Source of the DNA: Piromyces finnis finn
Taxonomy: Eukaryota; Fungi; Neocallimastigomycota
Reading direction: 5' to 3'
Assembly: GCA_002104945.1 (NCBI GenBank)
Contig: MCFH01000008.1
Location: forward strand, 496,001-560,000
DNA length: 64,000 nt
Below the pieces are notes generated by a model. The model was not told where the DNA came from, did not search any database, and was given only the letters and a program-made list of their open reading frames with translations. Each line of letters begins with the position of its first letter. Position 1 is the first letter of the stretch. Below, one piece after another: positions 40,407 through 52,600 of this stretch. Both the position numbers and the translations under genes were made by a program.

Positions 40407-43137
40407 ATGTCATTAGAGGAAGTTAAAAAATGGGCATGCGAGAAAATCAGTTCCATCATTGGAATTAGTTCTGAAGAGTGTAGACCATTAATTGATAATA
40501 TTTGGGAATTACAAACAGAAAATGAAATAAGAACTGAATTTCAAGTATGTTTTTACACAAAAATGGAAGGATTTTTAAAGATATATATTATCATTAAAAG
40601 TATTATTATGTATCTAGACAAAACGAATATGATATTAAATTAAAATTTCAATTAATAAAAAAAATAATTAAAAACTATTTTTGTAGTAATAATAATATTT
40701 TTCAAAAATTAGAATGTATAAATATTATTTAATTATTAATACAAAAGATAGATTTTATACTCAATCAATATACTATTATCTTAATATTCATCATAATTAA
40801 TTTAATTTTGATTTTGATTTTAATTGATAAATATATATACATAAATAATTAAATAGAATATAATAGGAAATTCAGTATCGACTAATTTATTTATAAACGA
40901 TTTTGTATCAAGAAGAAACTTAAATTCAAATAGTAACAACAATTCAAGTGTAAATTTAGATTCTGATGTACGAAATAATTCACCTTATGAATACTACAAA
41001 AATGATGCAGAAGAATATTACTCTGGGAGGTAAAAAACTAACAAGATAGACTGAAATTTATTTTATAGTATTGAAATAATTTGTATTAAAAGATTAATTA
41101 CAATAATATAATTTTATTTGCTTAAAGTAATTAATTGATTACAATTAATTTTCATTTATTTATATTTCTTTTTTCTTTTTTTCTTTTTTTTTTTTCATGT
41201 TCAATAGTAAATACTAATTACTATTAATAATTTATATAATTTAACAAATAATAGTAAAAAGAAAAAGAAGGATAAAAAACAAAACGAAACATCGAAAAAA
41301 GATAAAGGTAAAAAAAAGAATGATGATGAAAAACAAAATGTTGATAACACTGATGATACTGATGATGAAGAAAAGGAAGTAAAATTATCAAAACGACAAC
41401 AAAAAAAATTAAATGCAAAAAAAAAAAAAGGTGGAATAAGTTTAGAAGAATGGGATAAAGAAGACAGATCATTTGTTACTAAAGGAAAAAATGGAAGACC
41501 ATTATGTCCATGTCAAGGTAATATAAATCATATATAATATTTAATGAACTTACTTTTATAATACAATAATTACTTATAAAAATTTTAAATTAATATAATA
41601 ATAGCTGCTAAACATGGATTAGTAGCAAATTGTCTCAATTGTGGGAAAATTGGTAATAATAATGCTAAAATAATTGTATTGATATTCTTTAATAAGTAAT
41701 TAAGCTAAATTGAATTTAATCTTTTAATCATATTTTATAATGTTTTAATTTTTTTAGTTTGTAAATTGGAAGGACCAGGTCCATGTCCATTTTGTGGAGA
41801 AGAAGTTTTAGATAGCGATCAACAAGTCAGAGTATACCAACAAAAACAAAGAGAAAAATTAAGAGAAGAAAAAACTATTTTAATAAAATCAACAAATAAT
41901 AACAATAAAGACGGTTCAAATTCATCAAATTCTAAAGCCAATGCTTCATCTTCATCATCAAGTCCTCTACGACCATCTCAAGAACAAATTGATCAACAAA
42001 GATCTGAAAAACTAGCCATAAAATTAGAAGTTCAAATGGAAATGGATAAAAGAGAAAAAGCATATGAAAAAGCTATAATGATGAAAGAACGTCTCTTAGA
42101 TTATGATAAAAATAGTACTGAAAGAACAAAAATTTTTGATACAGCAACTGATTTTGATCCAAATATGACAGCAGCTAATAATAAATGGTATATAATAATT
42201 ATTATAATTATATAATAAATTACTATTTTATTGTTTTTGATTTTTAGTAAAGAAATAAAATAAATTTATACTTTTAGTAATTAAAAATTTTCAAAATATT
42301 TATTTTTCTTTTTAAAGGTTAACGCCAGAAGAAAGGTTGGCTGCTATTAAAAAAGAACAAGCATTAAGAGAATATGAAAAGAATAAAAGAAAGAATGTTA
42401 GAATTGCTATTGATATAAAAACAAAGCAAGTTGTTGAATTACCAGCTGACCCATTTGAATATAAAGAAGACGAGCCAATAACAGCAATTTCTGAGTCAAA
42501 AGAACAAGGTTTTTATATGTATATTTATATATCTATATTAATTATTGAATATTATTATTATTATTATCGTATAAAGATAATACTATACTTATTATTATAT
42601 TTTGTTTGATTATTAAAATTTTTAGAAGAAGAAGTTAAAAGTACTGGTTATTATATCAATCCATTTATTAAAGAAATACCAAAATATGTAAAAGTTAATA
42701 TATATGATAAGCAAAAGCAGGAAAAAGAAAAACCTAAGTCAATATTAGAAAAGAAGACAGAACAAAAAGAAAAAGAAAAAGCAGCTAGGGAAAAGGCAAA
42801 AAAAGAAGCCGCAAAAAAAGATAATCAAATTGATGAAAAAACTTCTACTTCTAAAAATGAGAAAAAAATAAACAGTAAAAAAAGGTAAATATCATTTGAT
42901 AGTACTTTAAATATATTTAAAACATAGTAATCGTAGTTGTATATATTAATCTAATATTTTTAAATTATTAATAATAGTGGAAAAAGTAGAATTAGAAGAA
43001 TTCAATATGATCCAGAAGATGATGACATGTATGGGGTTGATTTTGCTTTTTCAGACGACGAAGAAGAAACAGAAGATGCTGGTGTTTGTAGTAGTTCAGA
43101 TAATGTATTAGGACCTAGTGTAATTGTAGATTATTAA
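40407..43137 (+). CDS. TRIP4: TRIP4/ASC-1/Rqt4-like C2HC5 zinc-finger protein (ribosome quality-control trigger complex subunit), no ASCH domain
   Basis: Spliced motif GRPLCPCQAAKHGLVANCLNCGKIVCKLEGPGPCPFCG is the zf-C2HC5 pattern. Also AIMMKERLLDYDKNSTERTKIFDTATDF..KWLTPEER and late RIQYD. Helical N-terminus (WACEKISSIIG). Stop at 43135-43137. Confidence 0.9.
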
Positions 43138-44233
43138 TTATATTAAATTAATCAAAGAAGAAGTAATTATATTTATACAACAATTCATATTAATTAAATA
43201 TAGAAAATATTATTATTGGTGTATATATATATATATAAAATTAGATTAATAAATTTAAAATTTAAAAAATAAAAGCTATATTTTTAATTTTCATTAATAT
43301 TTTTTATTTAAAAAAAAAATGACGGATAAATTATTAATAATTTAATAAAAATAGCCACAACCCAATTTTTTATGGATAAATTATAAAAAAATAAAATTAC
43401 CTGATCTTAATATATTATATATGTATAATATGGAAATATGGTTATTTTTATTACTTTTATTTTCTTTTGTTATTTTATTTATACTTTTTTTATTTTTTAT
43501 TTTTTTTTTTTACTTTTTTATTTCTTGTCATTTCTGTATTACATTTTATTTTTTATTTTTTAAGTTAAATATTTGAAATACACATAAAATTTAAAATATA
43601 TCAATTGTTATATTTATCTTGAAATGATCATAATTTGAGTTTATAACAATTTCTTTTTAATTCCATTTTAATACATTAATACAATAAATGTACAGATTAA
43701 TTTATTTTGTTAATATATTACTAAATTATAAAATCACATATTGAGTTCCATATATTAAATGTCATAAATAAATTGAGATTACATTTCTAAATTAACATTT
43801 TTTAAAAAAAAAAAATCTTTTGACAATTATTTAATAAAATAACTTAAATTCATGAATAGTTTAATCATAAGATGATATAAAAATGACTTTACAATAAGTA
43901 TAAATATCTTAAAATCAACTATATAAAAACAAAAGAAATATAAAACTTATATTTACCTATATTTTATATTAGCTTAATATTTTTATATTAAACTTTTGAA
44001 AAGTTAGTAAACCTTTCATATTTAAATGATAATATATGAAATATATATTAAAGTATAAGCATTATATTTATTATATTTAGCTTTTATTATATTTAAAGTT
44101 TGTATTTAATATAATTTATTTTTACAAAATATTTTATAAAAAAAACTTAAAATTTTTTTCTTCTTTAATATATTTTCACATTTTATAAAAATAAAAAATA
44201 TTTAATAAAACGTAATAAAATAAATTTAAAAAA

Positions 44234-46312
44234 ATGGCTCCAATTAATCCAACTGAATTTGATGTTATTGTCATTGGTTCAGGTTCTGGTAGTAAAATAA
44301 CAAGACCAGCAGCAAAATTAGGTAACAAAGTTGCCATTGTTGAAAAGGTAAAAATTATAAAAACAGTAATAAAACTAGTTTTTACAAATATAAAAGAAAA
44401 AAAAAAAAAGGATATAAAAAAAATATTTATATAGATCATAAATCTCTATCATTATTTTAAAAAAAATGAATAACAATAATAATTATTATTAATTAAACTT
44501 TAGGGACCACTTGGAGGTACTTGTTTAAACAGAGGCTGTATTCCTTCTAAAATGGTATATTAATTATTAAATAATTCAATTACATTTTAATTGTTATTAT
44601 ATTTTTAAATCTTTTTTTTCTCTAAAAAATAAATAAAAAAATAATAAATAAATAAATAAACAATAAGAAAATATATTTTATAATTTAACATTTTATTAAT
44701 AAAATTCATAAAATAATTATATATATGTTATTATTATGGTAATAGTTAATTCATCCAGCTGACGTTATTAATGAAATTGAACATGCCAAAACATATGATA
44801 TTACTGTCCCAGCAGTAAATGATGTTACTATTGACAAAGCTAAATTAGTTAATTATGTTACTTCATATGTTGATGGTGAATCTGCTTCTATTGATCCAAT
44901 ATACGAAAAGGATCCAAATGTTACTCATATTAAAAAGGAATGTGCTTTTGTTGATGACCATACTCTTCGTATTAGAAAAACTGAAGGTGTTAATTCTGAC
45001 GATGATACTTACATTACTGGAAAGAAAATTTTTGTTGTTGCTGGTGCTAGACCAATTATTCCAAGAATTCCAGGTTTAGAAGGTACTCCATATATGACCT
45101 CAACTGAAGTTCTTCGTTGTCCAAAAACTTTCAAGAGAGTTATCATTATTGGTGGTGGATACATAGCTACTGAATTAGGTTACTAGTTAGTATAATTAAT
45201 ATTCGATTAAATAAACCTTATATTAATTAATAGATTATATAAAATTATTATTAATGTCAAACCAGTTTAAAATAAATTCAAAATCTATAAAATCTTATTA
45301 ATAATATTATTACATTTTTTAAATAATATTCATATATATATATTTATACAATGTACTCATAATTATAAATTAATAGCTTAGGAAAAACTGGTTCAGAAGT
45401 TACTTTCCTTGTTCGTAGCGGATTTGTTAAGAATGAAGATATTCAAGTTCAAGAAGAATTTACCAAAATCTTTAGTCAAATGTTTGATTGTCATTTTAAG
45501 GTTCAATTTACTAAGGTTGAATACAACAATGAAATTTTCAAGGTTTATGTTAATGAAAATGGTGAAGATAAGGTTTATGAAGCTGAAGGTTTGTTTGTTG
45601 CTACTGGTGTTACTCCAAATACCGATGTATTAGAAGTTAAGAATGCTGGTATTGAATTAGATAAACGTGGTTACATCAAAGTTGATGAATATTTAAGAAC
45701 CAATGTTCCACATATTTGGTCATGGGGTGATATCATTGGTAGAAACTTATTCCGTCACTCTGCCAATTTTGAAGGTGAATATGCTTTCCGTACAATCTTT
45801 GAAGAAACTCCAAAAGGTATTGAAATCAAACCAATTGATTATCCACCTGTTCCACATGCTATTTTCACTAACCCACAAATTGGAGGTGTTGGTTTAACCG
45901 AACAAGAAGCTAAGGCTAAAGGTATTGATTATGTTATTGGCCTTTGTCCATATAAAAACTCTGCTATGGGTGATGCTCTTCGTTCTAAGGATGGTTTTGT
46001 CAAATTAATATTTGAACGTTCTACAAGAAAATTAATTGGTGCTCATATCATTGGTGTTGAAGCTAGTAACATGATTCACATGGTAAATACCGCTTTTTTT
46101 TTATTATTATTAAAAGTTATTATTTTTAATATTTAAAAATATAGATATAAAAAATATTCAATACTAAGAATTCATTTATTCATATATTATAGTGTATTGC
46201 TTTCCTTCAATTTGGAGCTACTATTGATGATATGTTACGTACTATTTATATTCACCCAGCACTTCCAGAATTAGTTCGTAATGCAGCTCGTCGCGCTTTA
46301 CCAAATTTTTAA
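44234..46312 (+). CDS. Class-I pyridine nucleotide-disulfide oxidoreductase, mycothione-reductase/bacterial LpdA-like, probably NADPH-dependent
   Basis: FAD motif DVIVIGSGSG, redox-active GGTCLNRGCIPSKM, NAD(P) motif IIIGGGYIATE..FLVRS, GDIIG..FRHSANFEG, and C-terminal IYIHPALPELVRNA. Five exons with four GT-AG introns. Stop at 46310-46312. Confidence 0.92.
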
Positions 46313-49300
46313 ATATATCTTCAATTATGATTACTAAATCTAAAATATAATAAAAAATGAAAAATGAAAATCCCAATAGTTATTATATTCATTTATAATA
46401 ATATTTGTACATTTTTTATATATATAAATTTATAATAGGTATTTATATAATTAGAATATAAAAATATTGCATAACTAAATTAATATTAATTATGTTAATT
46501 GTAATCTTTATAAATTTTTATAATAAATTAAAAAATATTATATAAACAAAAAATATATAAACTGATATTATTAATATCATTTATTATAATAATAAAAACC
46601 CAAAATTTTATTTAAAAAGGAATAAAATTTTGTATTTAAAGTAGAAAAAATAAAGTAACTCTATTAAAAAAGAAGAATCATGAAAATAAAAGAATTAATA
46701 TTTAATAATATTATATTAATATAAACTGTAAATATAGTAATAAGAAACTGAATAAAAAAATATTATGTTTTAATAGTTCTACGTAAAATAAAAAAAAAAA
46801 AAAAAAGAGAGAGAAACACCACCATTTTAATTGATGTTTTTAGATATTATTTTAAATCCACTAAGTATTATCAATTGTTGATTAAAAACACATAAAATAT
46901 AATTTATATAAAAAGTTACTTAGTAAATGGCAAAATACGATATTAAATATATATATTAGATTTAGTTTAGATTTTATAAAGGTTTATTATTGATAATATT
47001 ACTTTCCTTTAGAATATTTAATATTTTATTGAAAAAACTAGAGCAATTATTCTCATCGCATTAATACAATTGTTTCAATTTTTTATTACTATTATATCTA
47101 TTTTTTTTTTTAAAATTCTAAACATTTATAAAGATAATATTTATATAAAAGTATAATTAATGATTAGGTTTTGTAATTCTTTATATTATAGTTAATAGTT
47201 TTTTTTGTATTATAATACATTACAATAAATATTTTTCGATTTTTTGAATGAACGATTTTAATTTTTGAATTTAACATTTTTGTATTAAATATATTATATA
47301 TATATATTTTTTTTAAAGACATTAATATAACAATATTTACTACATCTTTATAAAATATTTAATGATAGTTATGATAGTAATTATAAGTTACCATAATTAT
47401 TAATATTATATTTGTCCATTTTCTTTCATATTTCTTTTTCTTTTTTTTTTTTTAATAGTGTTATGTCATTACTATTTAAGAAATATAAACTATTATGTAT
47501 CATTGTAATCATTGTATTACTCATTTTTACATATTTTGTGTAAAATGATTAAATCATATTTATGTATACATTATAGAATTATCCAAAAAAGGTATAAATT
47601 AAAACTTTCTATGTTATAGAAATTAGTGGCTTAGAAAAAATTAGCATTTTAAATTTTTTCTGTGAAATATTATAGCATTCTATACAAATACTATATTATG
47701 AAAAAGGCTAAAAAATATTAAAATATTTATGATAATAAAAAAGCTAAATAAATAAAGTTAAATATTGAATAAAATAGTAAATACAAAGTGACAATCACGT
47801 GTTTTATTATTATTATATTAATATTTATAAATTCATATGTTTTTATTCCATAAAAATTTAGCCAATTTTTCTATTATTAATTTAATTTCTATTTTATTAA
47901 ATATTAAAAATATTATTATTTTAGCTTTATAATATTTTATAATATAAAGAGGCTATTAATTATAAACTGTTTTATTTTATATATATTTATTATTTTTATA
48001 TTTTATTTATATAATTTAAAACTTCAATCTAATTATCTTTTAACATTAGATAAAGTTTAAAATTACTTTTATTTATATTCATCAATTTTATAATTGGTTA
48101 CACAATAGAATATATTATATACTTTTTTAAGTAGGCTTATTATTCAAAAAACTTTCATGCATTTATAATATTATTTATATTTAATATATTGAATATATTA
48201 CAATCCAATATAAATAATAAATTTATTTAATATAATGTACTATATGAAATAGTATATTATTATTTGTTTCAATATTTTTTATTATTAAATAAAGTTAGCT
48301 CTTGAGAGATATTTAATTAATACTAATATATTATATTATAATCAAATATATGATTGTAAGTTTTTTAAATAATAAATTTATTAAAGTTAAAATTCATCAA
48401 TTAAATATAAAAAGGATTCTCTATTTCCCAAAGAAATTTTAAGACTAAATAAAAAAATAAAATAAATTATTTTATTCAAATAAACAATAATTACTAATAA
48501 ATATGTCTTTTTTTTTTTTTTTTTTTAATTATTTAAATAAATGAAAAATTAATCGTAAAAAGAATGATAAGTAAATAAGAAATAAAAAAAGGACTGTTTA
48601 TAATTTACTGAATGAAAGAATTAATTAAACCATAATAATGTAAAATTGTTCAGTTAAATTATTAATAAATTTAAAGAATTTTTAAAATTTATAATAGTTA
48701 TTAAATTTATTGGAATATAAATAAAAATTATTGAAAAAAGAAATTATAATGATTATTTATTATGTTAATAATTATTTTAAATAATAATACCCAACAACTT
48801 AATAATAGAATTATTTAATTTATCAAAATATACAATTTTTAGTTTTTTATATATTAAAAAAGATAATAAAACAATTAATCACAGTTTTTTTCTAAATTAG
48901 ACAATATTTTAAAGGAACTTATTTTTATATTAATAACTATTTATTCTACAAATTATTTATTAAAAAAATTTCGAATACAATTAATATTCTTTTGAAGATT
49001 GTAAATTAAAAGCTAATAAATTATATAGAAATAGCAATAAAAGTATAATATTATCATATTTAATATTCGGTTTAAATACTAATAATAACATATTATAAAA
49101 TCGTATTATTAATATTAAAATATAAGTAGTAACAAACTATATATTATTGAAATTTATAATTCAATTAATAAAGTAACCGAATTAATTAAAAAAAAAAGAA
49201 GAAAATTAAAAAAAATTTTGTACTAAGTTTTGATTATTAAAATTAAGAAAAATATACATTTATTGATTAATTAAATGTTATTGATAATTTATAGTAATAT

Positions 49301-49650
49301 TCCATACTTTGTCAAGAATAACCATAATTAATTTATAGAGTGTTTTTTTTTAAAAAAATTTAATATTGTAAAATAATTATTATTTTATTTTTAAGTAACA
49401 TTTTAAAACTCTATGATTTAATAAATTTAAAAAATATAAATTTAATTATTAAAAGGTAAATCCTTCATTAAATACTATCAACTTAAAGGTATAGTAACTT
49501 TTTTAAATATATTAATTAGACATATTTTTATTATATTGTATTTAATTGTTATAAAAAAATATATCTTGAAATAATATTTATTAAATATAATTTGTTATTA
49601 TCATTATTATTATTATTATTATGAAAAAACAGACAGAACGATAATTAAAC

Positions 49651-52600
49651 ATGAAAAAACAAAATATAAATAATCAATCCAATTTAATATCATCAACATT
49701 AAAAGATGATACATTAGTAGATGAAAATATGGATAGTGCATACTCACAATCGTCTTCAATATCAACTTTAAATGCTAATACTTTATTAACAGAAAAAGAT
49801 CGTGATAATAAAGGAAATGAAAATAAAGATGATAGTGAATTTTCTCAATTTAAATATAAAACAGTGCATCCCTTAAATTCTGATTCTATAATAACTAAAA
49901 TTACAGATAGCTTTAATGATGAAAAAGAAAAATTACTTGAAAAAAGTTTGAGTTTGAAATCTATTGAAGAAACTAAAGAATTTATCAAAGGATTAGAAAA
50001 ATACCCACAAATGACTTCTTCACCAATTAAGCAAGAATTTAATTCTTATGAAGTGTTAAATAAAAAATCTAACACAAATATACCAACTACAACAATAAAT
50101 AATTCAAAAGGTAGTAATATTAATAATACAAATATATGTCTTTCATCAAATTCATCAACAGAAAAGTCTTCTCAAAAATCTGAATTCGAAAATGAAGAAA
50201 TATCATATGTTATTGGATGCGATTCGACATCTTCTTTTATTATTCCTTTTGAAGAAGAATCTTTACTCTCAGATGATATGAAAAGACAATCTTATTGTAG
50301 TATTTCGAGTGATCCAAATTATCGTTTATCCATATCAAGTATATCAAATATTGATTTAAATAATAAACGTCAATCTATATATTCTAATTCTTCCAACATA
50401 AATAATAATAGTAATAATATATCAAAAGTTAATTTACCCAATTTTTCTTCCGAAATTTTACAAGTTTCTAGTTTTACACCACCAATGTCACCAACAATAT
50501 CAACTAAATTAGTGTCTAATAATAACCAAAAAGGAAATGCTAACCCAACAATAGTACTTTCGGAGTCATCAAATTCAAATAATTCTATTACATCTTTCAA
50601 TAGTCAGTCAATTGATATAAATAGTAAAGTACTTTACGATAAATCAATCTTACGACCAGTAGGGTCAAAAGAAATCAAAGAGGAGAAATCTTTATTTGAT
50701 AAATCCTTTATCGGTCAAGTAGAAAATAAAGATGATAATGTACCATTTGATAGATCATTTTTACGTCAAATTGAAGGTAAAAATACTAAATATGTAAAAT
50801 CAATAAAGGATGAAAAATCTTTGATTAACAAAACATCTTTAAATCAAGTTGATAATAAGGAAGGGAATTTTTCTAAAAATAGAAAATATAAACCAAAGGA
50901 TATTAAAATTAATACAAAGCCTGATATTTCATGTAATGATAAAAATAATTTAAATGAAGAAAGTCGGGGTCGTCCTATAAACCTTTTTAGTGATAATATA
51001 TTTGTTCGTAGAAGTCGTTCTCAAGGCTCTACTATAAGTTCACCCATAAGAAAGGAAATTATTTCTCCTACCGAGATTCAAAAAGTTACTAGACGTAAAA
51101 ATAGAACCAGTGATCCATGTACTCCTCTATTACGTCATAATAAATCAACGTCAGTAATAAGTAGTAGATCACCTTCTAATGAAATTTCAACACGAGAACA
51201 TATAAATTCTCATTCATTAAAATCAAAGTTAAATAGTTTGAAAAATTCTGAAAATGGTTTAAGGAGGTCAAGTTCATATAGTTGTATTCAAATGTCATCA
51301 ACTTCAACATCTCTTCCATCATCTACATCTAATAATAGATTCCCATTAAAATCATCAAGTTCTATAATATTAAATTCAAATTTAAAGATAGAAAGTACGA
51401 AGCTGAATCCATTAGTGAATAGTGATGATGAAACACATACTCCTCAAAAGGTAATTGATAATTTAAATAAACTGAATGTTGAATCAAAAAAGACAACCAT
51501 GTCAGATATACCTAAAATTATTCTTTCTATGGCTGAATTTATTGGAGTTATTTTTGTTAATAAATCTAATCAATTATTAAGCTATTTTGAAGAACGATAT
51601 CCAAAATTTCATACTATTATTTCCATTTTACAAGTAATAACAAAATACATTCCAAACGCAATTTTTAAAAGTAGTGAAATTTTACGACAAGGTTATGTTA
51701 AGATAATGAATCGCATTCATGTATTAAAAAACTTCTGTGAATCAAATAATATACCATTCCCAGATATAAATCAATTTATTCGACTTTTTAATATTTTAAA
51801 GAACCAAATTATTGAAAAGATAATGCTAGCAAAAGACGGACAATTACAACTACCATCTAATTTTAGTGCATTTATGGCTAAAATATATGAAATTCTAAGT
51901 AGAACACCAAAGAAAAGCAGACTTGCATTATCCAAGAATAACATTAAAAATATTTGTATAAGTGGACCAGTTGGAGGACATCCAATTGGAACAGGAAAAT
52001 ATAACCAATATAATCATAATAGTAAGACAAATGAAACACAATCTTCTATTTCTATTACATTAGTTCAAAATGATCAAAATAGTTCTGATATAAATTTATA
52101 TGATGTTAAAAAGATAAAAGAATCAAATGAAAGTGATACTGAAATTATTTCATTTAATCATAAAATTAAATCGAAAATTTCTTCTCCCTCTTCTTCTTAT
52201 GATGAAAGTAGTATTATAACAAAATCTCTATCAAATGATTCTACTATTAAGGAAGGTTCATACCCTTTCTTTAAACATCGTTCGGAAAAGAACATTAATA
52301 CAAATAGATATTTTGATGATATAAATACAACTATTAATAATAGAAACAGTTATCAAAGTTCAGATTCATTATATGTTTCTGATAATAGTCGTATTTTTAC
52401 TCAAAACAACAAACATAACGAGATGGGGGAAAATTTTCATCATCATCATAAAATTTCAGTTACATCAAACGACAGTGTTACTGAACCAATTATAAAAGAT
52501 AATATTAATGTAAATAATTTGATTGAGCTTTTTGAAAAACAAATGAGTCAAACTAAAATTCTAAATAGTGATTTTAATGATAATGAAAGTTTAAAACTTC

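Noticed and set aside
44234-46312. Assignment as mitochondrial/hydrogenosomal dihydrolipoamide dehydrogenase (LPD1/E3)
   Set aside because: No targeting peptide. GGGYIA/VRS and HPALPE motifs differ from the E3-type GAGVIGLE, acidic NAD-binding residue and HPTLSE.
47798-47804. CACGTG E-boxes (also at about 60805)
   Set aside because: Isolated hexamers with no supporting context.
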